Below are positions 36,264-49,283 of a stretch of DNA of 64,000 nucleotides, piece after piece (the first letter of the stretch is position 1; each line of letters opens with the position of its first letter). The stretch comes from Azolla caroliniana (taxonomy: Eukaryota; Plantae; Polypodiophyta). The notes under the pieces are model-generated. The model had not been told where the DNA came from. It searched no databases and saw nothing but the letters and a program-made list of their open reading frames with translations. The stretch covers positions 6,200,001-6,264,000 of the forward strand of contig JBHGNT010000004.1 of NCBI GenBank assembly GCA_043228905.1. The letters are read 5' to 3'. The translations under genes and the position numbers were made by a program.

Positions 36264-39200
36264 TGTAAACGATTACTTGTGGAAGTGTTAGAAACAGAGA
36301 AAGTAGGGAATACATAGAGTACGCGGGAGAGACAGAGAGAGCAGAACGTAAAAGCTATATTCAAAAACGATATATGCCTCTATACTTTACAATTGTGCTC
36401 AGTAGCACTATTTATACAAGTCCTCATGGGACTGACAGAACTACCGCGTACTTCAATGCTCACACGAGCTTCTGACACTTACTACGAGACTATAATTTCC
36501 TAGTAGTCTAAACTAATACTAGGCTTCCGGTTACCGATTGGACCCGGCTAACCGGCTCCCTAGCTCACCGGCTCTATTGCTTGCCGGCTTACCGATCCGT
36601 CTCGCTTGCTGGCTCAGGCTTATTCAGCCAATCCGGCTCCAGTTGAGCTTGCCGCTTCAACACTCCCCCTCAAGCTCAACTTGAGGTTGGATCCTAGTGT
36701 CAGTCTCTGTGGCAGTCGGTTCTTCCAACCGACTTCTCTTGGCGTCGCTCCGCCTTGCTCACGCTCCTCGTCTGGTCCAGTTCTGTTTGCTGCGACCCCT
36801 CTTGTTATGCGCGCCTCGACCTTCTTAGCCGGTATGTCTGCTCAATAGGCCCCTCTCAGCTCCTTCGCTGCTATGACTCCGGCACTTATCGATCTGTCGG
36901 TTCCTCCGCGATGGCATCGACTTCCGCTGCATCCGTGTCTGCTTGGTCTTGAATTGATCCGGTTCTTCCGAATCTGTCTTTTGAACCGAATCGATTGTCT
37001 CCGATTCGTTCCAGCTCTTGTCTGAATCGGTTGCTCCCGATTCGTCTTCTGGTTCCAAGCCCTTCACCACATCGAACCATGTCCGGGTCTTGGCCTTCTT
37101 CCTTCGGTCGGCTCTGTCCTTCTTGACTTTGCCGCCTTCTGTTCTTCCCTCACCGGCGCAATCGGCAGTCTCTTTGCCTTTGCCCGTTCCGGTGTCTTTG
37201 CCCGTTCTCCCCCTCAAGTGTGGCACGTCGAGATGCTGAACACCAAGCATTTCGATGAAGTGCTGCAACTTGTCCGATCCGAGCGGCTTGGTGAAGATGT
37301 CGGCTACTTGCCGATCCGTGTGAACATACCGTAGTTCAACTTCACCGCTCAAGACCCGCTCACGCACAAAGTGATAATGCACTTCTATGTGCTTTGTGCG
37401 AGCATGGAACACATGGTTCTTGGCGAGTTGCATGCTGCTTATGTTGTCGCAGTAGACCAGAATCGGGGTCGGTACCTCAATCCGTAAGTCTTGCAGCAGT
37501 CGCCGAATCCAGATGGCTTCACAGGTGGCAATGGTGGCGCCCCGATACTCAGCCTCAGTGCTTGACAGAGCAACTGTTGGCTACTTTTTGCTACTCCATG
37601 CAACAGCCGCGCTACCTAGGGAAAACATGTAACCAGAGTTTGATTGGCAATCTGATGCATTGTCGGCCCAATCGGCATCCGTGTAACCAACGAGCTCTTC
37701 GGTTATACCTCGCCGGTATAACAGTCCCCGGTCCTTCGTGCCGCTTATATATCGCAGTATCCGCTGCGTGCACTGAAGGTGCTCGACGATCGGCTTCTAC
37801 ATGAACTGACTTATCATTCCGACCGGATAGCTGATGTCAGGGCGTGTGATAGTCAGGTAAATAAGGTTTCCGACAATTTTTCGGAACTGTTTCTCGTTGT
37901 AGGCCGGTCCGGTGTTGGGACGGAGCTTCTGGTTCCGGTCCAAGGGTGTGGAGACAGGTCGGCATTCTATCATGCCGAACTTGTACAACATATTCAAGAC
38001 GTAATGTCATTGTGAGAGTAATATGCCATCGGGGGTTCGGATCACCTTGATCCTTAGAAAATAATGAAGGTCCCCCAGGTCCCCCGACAACAGGGACTTG
38101 ACGCGGTTGATTTCTGGAACACCCGGTCCGGTGATGACTAGATCATCAACATACAACAATATACATACCGGACTGGTTGAGCCTTGCCATATGAACAACG
38201 AAGAGTCCGATTTGGAGGCCATAAACCCCATCTTACGCAACCAGTGCGTGATCTTTGCATTCCAAGCTCGAGGGGCTTGCTTCAGGCCGTACAACAACTT
38301 CTTCAGCCGGCATACCGCCGACTTGTTCATCTCCGATTCAAAGCCGAGGGGCTGAGTTATAAAGACTTCTTCTTCAAGGTCACCTTGAAGAAACACATTC
38401 TTCACATCCATCTGGTGAAGATGCCACCCCCTTGCTACAACAACCGCCAACACCACACGAACCGTCGTCATCTTCGCTACCGGAGCGAAGGTCTCGTCGT
38501 AGACGATTCCGTGGGTCTGCGCGTATCCCTTCGCCACTAACCGGGCTTTATACCGGTTAACAGAACCGTCAGCGTTGTACTTTACCTTGTATATCCACTT
38601 ACATCCGATCGGTTTATAGTGACAAGGAGGGTCAACCAGGTCCCATGTCTTGTTGACATCAAGTGCCCACATTTCTTCCTCCATAGCAGCACGCCAATTT
38701 GCGTCCTTGGCCGCTTCTGCGTAGCTCTCCGGCTGACGCACTTCCGCCACCTTAGTCATGTACGCATAGTGATGCGCCATGTACTCATTGTACCCGTACC
38801 GCTTGACGGGATCCTTGTGGCGGGTGGACCGGCGTAACTCACCGTTACCCGGTTTGAGGCCCTTCTTAGCCAGTTCTGTCTTCATTGTCGAAGATCTGCC
38901 TCTCTCCTTGCCGGAGTCGGACGTACACTGATCCAACTCATCGTTGCCAGATTCGAATTCCTGCATCTTCTTCTTCCCCTTCTCTTTGTGCGTGAACCGT
39001 CTCCTCGGTTCCTTATGCGGGGAGTGCATGGCAAAGTTTCCACTACTCGCCGGTTCCTCATCGGCTGGTCAGATTGACTCTGTCTCTCATTCGGCCCACT
39101 CAATCGGAACGATTCCGGACTCTCATCCTGATTCCATGCTTCATCATCCTCTACCTGGGCCGGTTCAGGATCACTAGCCTCATCCATCAGCATCGGGTCA

Positions 39201-41970
39201 GAGTCGGTAAGGAGTACCACGATGCCGATTCATCAAACTTGACATCTCAACTAACTTGGACATGCTTTGTCGGGGTGTTATAACACTTATAACCCTTTTG
39301 CTCTTGAGCATAGCCGACTAGGATGCATTTTTCCAATTTTGCATCCAGCTTCCTCCACTTCTCATCCGGTACATGCACAAATGCAATGCTACCGAAGATC
39401 TTAAGGTGTCTCAAATTCGGCTTCCGCCTGAAATACAGCTCGTGAGCTGACACCTTGTCACCGATCCGGTTCTGGATGTAGATAGCCGTTCGGACTGCCT
39501 CCGCCCAGTAGAATTTGGGCATGCTCTTCTCCTCCAGCATTGCCCTGGCCGCATCGATAAGCAACCGGTTCTTCCTCTCGGCAACACCATTCTGTTGTGG
39601 TGTGTATCTACAACTGAACTCTCGCCGAATACCCGTTTGCTGCAGATAATTGTTGAATTGGCTGGAAAAGTATTCTTTCCCGCCATCCAATTGCAGGCAT
39701 TTGATCTTCCTCTTTGATTCCCATTCCATCATGCTTTGGAGACTCCGGAAACACTCGAAGACTTCACTCTTACGCTCAATGAGGTAGATCCATGTGTGCC
39801 ACGTATAGTCGTCGATGAAGGAGACGAAATATCGACTTCCGCCAAGACTAACACTCTGTGCCGGTCCCCACACATCCAAATGGATTAGGTCGAGCTTGTT
39901 ACGGCTCTGGTTTCGTTCGGTAGGGAATGGAAGCCGGTGTTGCTTCCCGAGTTGGCAGGCTTCACATACTTGGGCCTTCCAACCGCTGAACTTCGGAAAA
40001 CCGAAAACAACTTGTTTCGTTTGCAGGGCTTGAAGCCTCCGGTAATTAACATGACCTATCCGCTTGTGCCACAGGTCGATGTCCGATTCGACCTTCTGTC
40101 CTTTTGCAAACAGAGCGGTGCCGACGTCATTGGTGTCAAGGATAAACATCCTCTTGTCTCTGCACCCTTGCGCAATAATCTAGCCCTCTTCCTCGATGAA
40201 GCACCCAAGGTGCGTAAACCGCACCTGAATCCCCTGGTCGACGATCTGTCCTACCGACACCAGGTTCTTCGTGATTGTCAGAACGTGTAATACGTTCATC
40301 AGCTTCCCCTTCTGTCCGACGTGGCTCAAAGGGACTTCTCTAACATGCACGATTGGGTGAGGAGTGTCATCTCCGGTTTCGACTACTCCTGGTTGATCCG
40401 GTTTTTCCAAAAAGGAGAACCACTCTTTGTGGCTCGTCATGTGGTTCGATGCACCGGAGTTAACATACCAGACTTCCTCTGATTCGGAAGTGGTCTTCTT
40501 CATCGAGTTCGCCTTGTGCTTCATCACCAAGGCTGACCCATTACCGTTCTTGGATCCTCCCGATCCCTTCGCGTAGTGCGAGCTTTGCCGGCCATCCTTG
40601 CCGGCCTTGCCGGATCCAGATTTGTCCGTATCGGCGCGTTTTCTCCAGCACTCACTTTCTCTGTGGCCCTTTTTGCCACAGTACCAACATTCCGTTGCAA
40701 ACTTCTCTTGCCGTCTTCCGGTGTTGCCATGACTCCCCTTGCCTGTGGAAGTCCTGGAACTGTTGTCGGCACGTTCTCTGTGCCTTCGTTCTTGCTCTTG
40801 GTGGCTGCCTCCATTGCGTGCCGACCCGCCTCGTCCACCACGCCCACGGGACCGATCCGCCTCCGTGTACAGCATCCGGTTGTCAGTGGGTGCGCTAGTT
40901 GACACACCGGCGTGGTTCTCCTCTACAAGGAGCATCGACTATAAGTCGAAAAATGACGACGTATTCTCCCTTTTACACACCGCCGTTCGGAACACTCTGA
41001 ACTTCGACGCCAGGCCCCCAAGACAGACCTGTACCATCTCTCTTCCTCTACGGTAACGTTGATAGAGGCAAGCGAGTCACGGATCTCTTTGATCCGGGCC
41101 GTGTAATCCGCCACCGACATGTCCTTCTATCGGACATTGCTCAACTCCTGACGGAGTTGCAGCTTCCGGGCTGTTGTGCTCGTGGCGAACACCTTCTTCA
41201 GGTTCCCCCAAGCCTCCTTCGGCGTCTTAGCGTCTCGGATGTGGCTCAGTAGCTGGTCTCCGACACTAGACGTGAAGCAGTACATCACTCTACTTGCCGA
41301 TTGTTCCCACACTGGGAAGTCCTTATGTGCCGCATCAGGTGCTGTTTCGTTGGCTCCTTCGACGAAACTCCAGTAGCCATGCCCAAGCAAGTACTGGTGC
41401 ATCTTATACGACCAAGATGATAGTTGGATCTGCTAAGTTTCTCCACAGGGAGCGAGCTAGCCATCCCTCTATCCATCAATTCTCTGTCTGCTATTTTACG
41501 ACCTGTTAGGGTTTGTTGTCAAGCGTTTGTTGGTTGCAGAGGAGGTTCTCAACCCTCGCGCTCTGATACCATGTAAACGATTACTTGCAGAAGCGTTAGA
41601 AACAGAGAAAGTAGGGAATACACAGAGTACGCGGGAGAGACAGAGAGAGCAGAACGTAAAAGTTATATTCAAAAACGATATATGCCTCTATACTTTACAA
41701 TTGTGCTTAGTAGCACTATTTATACAAGTCCTCATGGGACTGATAGAAGTACCGCGTACTTCAATGCTCACACGAGCTTCTGAAACTTATTACGAGACTA
41801 TAATTGCCTAGTAGTCTAAACTAATACTAGGCTTCTGGTTACCGATTGGACCCGGCTAACCGGCTCCCCAGCTCACCGGCTCTGTTGCTTGCCGGCTTAC
41901 CGATCCGTCTCGCTTGTCGGCTCAGGCTTATTCAGCCGATCCGGCTCCAGTTGAGCTTGTCGCTTCAACA
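36264..41970 (-). mobile_element. Copia F, near full length (related to Copia B and C)
   Basis: 399-bp LTRs 36264-36662 and 41572-41970; TSD ACATG; PBS 41560-41571; gag-PR-IN-RT-RH order with a few stops and frameshifts. Confidence 0.96.
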
Positions 41971-42049
41971 ACATGGCCTTTACTTTAATTCTCTTCACTT
42001 TACTTTAGTTTGTTGCATGATCCAATCTTTCGTTCGTCCACGTTCAACC

Positions 42050-42325
42050 TCGTCCGGTAGCCGGTTCCGCCCGATTGCCGAATCCCTCGCCGGCCGGTTC
42101 CATTTTGCTTGCTGGTTCTGGTTCCAATTTTGCTTGCCGATCGGCTCTGGTTCCGATTTGCTTGCCGATCAGTTCTGGTTCTGGTTCCGATTTTGCTTAA
42201 CGGCTAGCTTCCAATTTTGCATACCAGCCGGTTTCCAGATTCCGGTTTTACTTACCGACCGGTTTCCGGATTTGCATACCGGCAAGTTTCCGGATTTGCT
42301 TACCGGTCAGTTTTCGGATTTTGGG
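42050..42325. repeat. Degenerate ~21-30-bp CCGG-rich minisatellite in the solo LTR
   Basis: Repeats of CCGGTTTCCGGATTTGCTTA and GGTTCTGGTTCCGATTTTGCTT variants. Confidence 0.8.
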
Positions 42326-45300
42326 AACTTGGCCACCATCATCCATCAAGACAAAGTGGCCAAAGTGCTCTTAGCACAAATGAAAAATGAGGGAGCTCGA
42401 GGTGCTTATATAGCCAGGGCCTTAAGTTTCCTTTCTATGTGGGATAGTTCTAATTTCCCTATCTTCTCAAACTTCATTTTCACATAACTTGATATATATT
42501 TCTCCATTTTGTATATAGTAAAATATGTTTTGAAGCTCTTTAGTATATCCATCTTTATATAGTAAGCTACTAATCTAATCTATAATAATTATTTCATTAT
42601 TTTTTTACATAGTGTAAGAAGATTCACACGACAACGCTGGATGTGCTTCGTCCTGGAATGGTACGCTGCGTTCTTAGCAAGGTGAATGGCACTTTGACTG
42701 TCGCAATAGAGCCAGTATTCATCTTGCCGGATACCGAGCTCTCCGATGAAGTCCTTCATCCATAGTATTTCCTTGCCGGCTTCAAAAGCCGCCATGTACT
42801 CCGCCTCCGTGGTTGACAACGCAACCGTATTCTGCAGCCTCGACTGCCACAAAACAGCTCCCCCTGCATATGTCATTACATACCTGGATGTAGACCGGCT
42901 GGTATCCACATCAGCCGACATATCCGAATCGGTAAAACCGTCAAGTTGAGGTTTACCGGAGCCGAATCGGAGACACATATTCGAAGTTCCCTTCAAGTAC
43001 CAGAGTATCCATTTGACCGCGTTCCAGTGCTCCTTGCCGGGATTGCTCATAAACCGGCTCACCACCCCGACTGTGTATCCAATATCCGGTCGAGTACACA
43101 CCATTGCGTACATTAAGCTCCCGATGCCAGAGGCATATGGAACCTTCAACATATCCGCCTTCTCTGCTTTTGTCTTCGGGCTTTGCTTACTCGATAATCT
43201 GCAGTTTGCCAGGAGTGTCGATCCGACCGGTTTCGCTTCTAACATGTTGAACCGCTGAAGCACCTTTGTCACTTATTTCTCTTGTGACAACCACAATTGC
43301 TTCTTTGACCGGTCCCGGATGATGTGCATCCCCAGTATTTGTCTTGCCGGGCCCAAGTCTTTCATTGAGAAAGTTCGGTTGAGAGCCTTCTTCAACATCC
43401 ATATTTTGGCTTGGTCCTGTCCGATGATCAACATGTCGTCCAGGTACAGAAGGAGTATCAGGAAGTCGCCTCCTTCAAACTTCTTCACAAACACGCAATG
43501 ATCGGTTTACGTTTTGTGATACCCTTGGTCGGTCATGAAGGAGTCAAACTTCTGATACCATTGTCGGGGAGCCTGCTTCAGTCCGTACAGGCTCTTCTTC
43601 AACCGGCAAATCAGGTGCTCCTTCCCTTTCTCCACGAATCCTTCCGGTTGTTGCATGTAGATCTCCTCTTCGAGGTCACCGTGAAGGAATGTCGTCTTCA
43701 CGTCCAGCTGCTCTACCTCGAGGTCCATGCTTGCCGCTATACTCAGCACCGTTCGGATGGAGGTCATCTTTACTACCGGGGCAAATATCTCGTCGAAGTC
43801 CACACCCTTCACCACGATCCTGTTGGAACCCCTTCACCACGATCCTGGCGTTGTATCTCGGGGGGTTGTCGGCATCTCTCGGTTTCAACTTGTACACCCA
43901 CTTGTTTCGGAGTGCCCGCTTTTCTTTCGGCAACTCCACCAATTCGTACGTATGGTTCTCATGCAGGGAATCCATCTCATCATGCATGGCACTTAACCAT
44001 TTGCGGCTATGGGCGTCACTTTTAGCTTCCTCGAAGCTTTCTAGCTCCCCCTCATCGGTTAGTAACACGTGCTCTGGATCAGGAAATCTCCGGGGGGCCC
44101 TTCTCTCTCTTAGAGGATATCTGCGTCCTTGGGCTTTGGTAACCGGCTCCTCCATTTGCTCTTCATCCGAATCCGATTCGGGGTTTTTCTCTTCGTCCGA
44201 ATCCAATTCGGGGTTTTGTCCGGTTTCGGTTTCACCTATTCCTTCTTCTTCTTCGACAGGTTTTGTCTCCTCACCGTCACCGTCCGGTTCATCGAGTGCT
44301 AACCGGCTTCTTGCCGGTTGGAATTGCATTTCATCAAATCAAATTTTTTCCTTACTGGTCGACTCGGAGTTCATTATCTTCTTCTCCAACTCCCAGTCGT
44401 CGAGCGTCTTGTCCTCCATGAAGATAATATCTTGACTTCGGAATACTTTCTGGTCGACCGGGTCCCACACTCGGTAGCCGAACTCATCATCGTCGTAACC
44501 GAGGAATATGCATGGCCGGGTCTTCGGATCTAAGTTTCCTCTCCGGTCCTTAGCTACATGCACGTACGCAACACACCCGAATACCTTCAGATGCCGGTAG
44601 GACACTTCCTTACCGGTCCAGACTCTCTGTCTCCATCCAAGGGTATTGAGGGTGATCTGTTTATCACATATGTCGTCATCGACAATGCCTCGGCCCAAAA
44701 CGTCTTGGGTAATTTTGCATGCACCAGCACACTCCAAACCCTCTCCATTATGGTCCGGTTCATCCTCTCAACCAGCCCGTTTAGTTCCGGCATCTTCGGC
44801 ACGGTAAATTCGAGCCAGATTCCCTTCGAGCGACAGTACTCCTCGAACTGCCCCCGGTATTCTCCTCCGTTATCTGTTCGAACCGTCTTCAGTTTCTGAC
44901 CGGTTTCTCTTTCCACTCTTGCGTGGAGCTCTTTGAAGACGGATAGCACCTGATCCTTCGCCTTCAACGGTGTGGCCCACAACTTCCGGTTGTGGTCATC
45001 TATGAACATCACGAAGTACTGCGATCCGACATGTGACTTTGTGTCCACTTGACACACATCAGTATGCACCAACTCCAGTGGTGCATTACGTCTCATCGGT
45101 GGCCTCGATCGGAAGGAGGTCCGGTTTTGTTTACCGACTAGGCAGTCGGTGCACCTCTCAAGATGCACGTTCTTCACTGGAATGAGGTTGTCATCGGCAA
45201 GCCTCTTCATCCCCTTCACGCTCATGTGACACAGTCTCTTATGCCACAACTCATCGGCAGTGTCGGAAGCCACGTTTAGTTCTTCCGGGCATAACCGGGC

Positions 45301-47105
45301 ATTCATCAGGTACAACGTGTTGACCTTCCGGGCCCGAGCCACAATCAGGCTCCCTTTGCTAAACTTCATAACACCGTTCCGGATGCTGCCCGTGTACATA
45401 GCCTTCATCATCTAGCCGACCAGATGATATCAGGTTCAATCGAACCTTCAGAACGTGTCAGACATCCTTCAGCAACAGCTTGCATCCGATTGGTGTTGTC
45501 AACCACACGTCTCCTATGCCGACAATTCGGCATGTACCTTCATTTCCCATACGGACACATCCGTGATCACCGGCTGAGTAGGATGAGAAGCATTTCCAAT
45601 CCGGGGTAAGGTGGAACGACGCTCCGGAATCGACAACCCATGTTGTCTCGTCGTCGGCAAGGTTCAACTCACTCTCCTCGGTGATGAGCATCAACTCTTC
45701 TTCACTTGCCGCGATTGCCGTCGTTCCCTTCTGGTCCGGCCCCCTCCGATCTTTACCGTTCCGGTCCAGTGTCCGCTTCGAATCGGTACCGTCGGTTTCC
45801 TTGTCTTTTCGGAAGTGCCGATATTTCTTCTAGAAGTGTCCCGGCTTGCCGCAATAGAAGCAAGTAGGCCTCCCCCTTGACTTTGACCATGTCCCCGACT
45901 TTTCCCGGTTCTGGGGACTACGGTTCCTTTGCCTTCCGTGTTCCGATTCGGTAAGGAGCGCTTTGGAGTCGGAGCTCGTATCCTTATCTTTCTGATGCAC
46001 CTCCTCATCTAGCAAGCTCGACTTCACTCTTGCTAGGGATAACCGTTTCCCTTCCGGCCCGGTGTTGCCCAAAGTGACGACCAACGTCTCCCAGCTATCT
46101 GGGAGGGAACCGAGTAGGAGTAGTACTAGTACCTCATCGGCAAGAGGTACTTCTAATGATGTTGCCTGGTGTATCAGCCCCTAGAAGGCATTCATGTGCT
46201 CCGCCATGCTGGAGCCATCTTGGTACCAGAGTCTTACTAGCTTCCGAAATACCGAAACCTGATTAACAACATTTTTGTTCTGAAACATAATGTCGATCTT
46301 CTCCCAGAGCTCATGAGCCTTGCTCTCTTCATTGAAGTTGTTGTATAGACTCATGTTGATGAAGCACCGTATGTACGTCGTTGTCTTCATGTGCATCACC
46401 TCCCATATTGTGGCATCAATTTTGTCTGGTCTCTTGTTCCCGAACTGAACCGGCAACCAAAGATCTTTAACCACGAGCATGTCCCTCATCTTCGACTTCC
46501 ACACTGAATAGTTGGAGCCGGTGAGCTTGAACATGCCTCCCAACGAATCGTCCATTTTTCTGTGTCGTTTCGCTCTGATACCAGTTTGAAGATAAAAATC
46601 GTTGCCGGCCACAACTAGTTTGCGTGTGCGGAATAATAGTCAATCTAATGGAGAGGAAAATCAGAATACAGAAACTGAGAATGACACAGATTTTAACATG
46701 GAAAACCGAACTGGGAAAAAACCACGTGGAGTCCACAAACTCCAAAACAGAACACTATGAGAGAAAAGGAATACAATCAGAGATCTTAGAGGCAACGACC
46801 TCAAGATCTTGCTTCGCCTACAGGCGGCTATGGAGCTCACATGCTTCCACTCTCACCGTTACAGAGGTCGCGACCTCGACAACCGTAACTTTACAATAAT
46901 CCACTCATAACATGATTGCCCTAAGTGCTTATATACTAATGTAACCTTTCGACTATTTACAAGTTTAGCCTTCCGGGTTGGCTATCTCCACGATTTCCTG
47001 TTTCTGCCTCGGCCGAGTTGCTCATCAACACGGTTCTTCTCACTTCCCATCTGGAGGGACCTGTTTCCTAACAACAACCACACTCGGCGGATGCCGATAT
47101 TACGT

Positions 47106-48291
47106 TTTTTTGAAAATCCGTCACTATGTGCGGATCGTGAGACGGAACCGCCGGGGTTCTGGATTAGAAGGATTTAGTGTAACACGTACAACACAAGAAA
47201 GTTTTAAGCATAAGACAAAAGGGAGAGACAAATCATTAGTTTATTGCAAAAGAAAATCAATTCTTTATAATTTCAGAATCGTGTTACAATGGGTTGGGTA
47301 TGGAAATGAGAGATTAATTTTTCCAAGAAAGGAGCAAACAACCATGCAGGGAGTGGTCCAATATGAATACGAGAGATAATTTTTGACAAGAAAGATCGAG
47401 TAAACAAAGCTAGGAGTTTGATATCAATATGTGAGATAATTTGTTTCTCGAATCCGAGAGGGAAAAAGAAGGAAGAAATAAAACTAGAGGAAAAAAAAAG
47501 CATATATCGAGCTTCTTGTTGATCCCCCCGTTCCCAAAGTTACTTTGCATGTCCATTTTTAGTTGCATGGCCTTGGCTTTTAGTTGCATGCGACCGTCCG
47601 TATAATTTGGCCAAATGACCCAATCATCCATAAAGTTTAGCTCGTGCGCAATCTGCACGTGCGTCGCAACCAAACCGTAGACGCGTCCGCGCGCAAAAGT
47701 CTTGACCGCGTAGTGTACGCATCCATGCATGCGCACGTCCCGATCGCGCTATGTACACATTCGCGCGCTCGTTCCCATACATGCGTCCGTCCGAAACGTC
47801 CACGCGTACGCCCGAAACTTGCACATGCGTGTATGTCCGAAAACGTCCACGCGCATACACCCGAAGTGTTAACACGACCGTGCTCGTTCCCATACATGCG
47901 TCCGTCCGAAACGTCCACGCGCATACACCCGAAGTGTTAACACGACCGTGCATATGCGCGTATGCCCGAAGCATGCACACCACACAGTGTAGCCCGAGTC
48001 ACCTTGAACATTCTGTGCTCCACACATTGATAGAATGAATATGTTTTGGTTTCCGTTATATATCCTGGGTTCCAATGTTGTCCTATCTATGTGGGATATC
48101 TCACAGTTTTGTCTTTTCTTTCTTCTTCTTCAAACTTTACACTCGCATAACTTGATACTTGTTTATCCATTTCACGCGTAGTAAAATACGTTATGAAGCT
48201 CTTGAAGATGTCTATCTATATGAATACATTAAACTAATCTTAAATAATTATTTTACTAGTTTTCATATCGTGTGTGAAAAACCACACGACG
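47106..48291 (-). mobile_element. Solo LTR related to 35684-42633, 4-bp TSD ACGT, in Copia D integrase
   Basis: ACGT at 47102-47105 and 48292-48295; removal restores 'RYYVTFIND'. Right end CACACGACG; left end decayed. Shares blocks (TAGTTGCATGCGACCGTCC, TCTATGTGGGATA, CATAACTTGATA) with the other solo LTR. Confidence 0.85.
47670..47980. repeat. CG-rich tandem/interspersed repeats in the solo LTR
   Basis: Recurrent CGAAACGTCCACGCG(C/T)A, CGTTCCCATACATGCG and CCCGAAGTGTTAACACGACCG. Confidence 0.85.
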
Positions 48292-49050
48292 ACGTCACAT
48301 TCATCAACGACTTCTCCAAGCACACTTGGATCTACCCGATGAGATAGAAGAGCGAACTGTTCGGACACTTCCAGAGGTTCAAAGCTGAAGTCGAAAAAAC
48401 TATGGGTCGGCATGTACGATGCCTTCGATCAAATGGAGGCAAAGAATATTTCTCGGATGAGTTTATGACGTATCTCCGAAAGGAAGGAATCCGACGAGAA
48501 TTTTCATGTTGTCACATACCTCAGCAAAACGGCATAGCGGAGTAGAAGAACCGGCACATAGTAGAGGTTGCACGGGCAATGATGAATGAGAAGAACCTGC
48601 CAAAATCATACTGAGCAGAAGCGGCGAACACAGCCGTATACCTCATGAACAGGTGCACAACCTCGGGAGTACACGACGCAACCCCCCATGAGAAGTTTCT
48701 TGGTAAGAAGCCGGACTTATCACATGTTCATAGCTCAATCGCTTATGGGCATATTCCTGATGATACGCGACAAAAGCTTGACCGAAGTCGGAGAAATGTA
48801 TCCTCGTCGGGTACTCGCTCGAACAAAAGGGGTACAAATGCTACAATCCATCTACCCGAAAATTTCGGACAAGTCGAGATGTCGTTTTCGACGAGTTCGC
48901 ATCCTGGTACGCACCAGAGACAACTCCGACTCTGACTCCGCTTGACCCAGAATATGCCAAAATAGAGGCAAAAACCGAAGATCGACTTACGCGCATGTTC
49001 AACGAAAGTCCAATCACGACTTGAATAAGTGGACCACAAGAACCTATGAG

Positions 49051-49283
49051 AATAGTATGTAAAATTCGTGTTCGTCTAGCATAACATTCGTTTTCCTACG
49101 TTGGAAAATGAATGAGAATGTTATTCAAACATTCTTGTGTTTTTTTTTTGTTTTTTTCCATTTTTTAGGCTTATTTACCTCATAAAAAATAGATAATCCA
49201 AAAGTATGGTATTTATCATTCTTTGAGGGTGTTTTTCTTACGTGAATGCAAATGCACGTATGTTACATATGGTTCATACTATG
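49051..49283. mobile_element. Small hAT-type MITE in Copia D
   Basis: Ends (A)ATAGTATG...CATACTATG; 8-bp TSD CCTATGAG/CCTCCGAG; removal restores 'SGPQEPPSDQS'. Confidence 0.7.

Larger units (their letters stand above)
35684..42633 (-). mobile_element. Solo LTR (TGTCG-end family), split by Copia F, in Copia E RNase H
   Basis: Ends TGTCGCG...CACACGACA; flanks ACGT (35680-35683) and ACGC (42634-42637). Removal restores 'KHIQRRYHWIRE'. Strand inferred from a TATA-like motif near 42405. Confidence 0.85.
35018..47073 (-). mobile_element. Copia E (Tnt1/Tork-like), degenerate
   Basis: LTRs 35018-35504 and 46587-47073; TSD ACAAC; PBS 46572-46583. Gag CFYCGKPGHF, WVVDSGASFH, integrase, RT, VPYASGIGSLMYAMVCTRPDI, RNase H. 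Confidence 0.95.
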
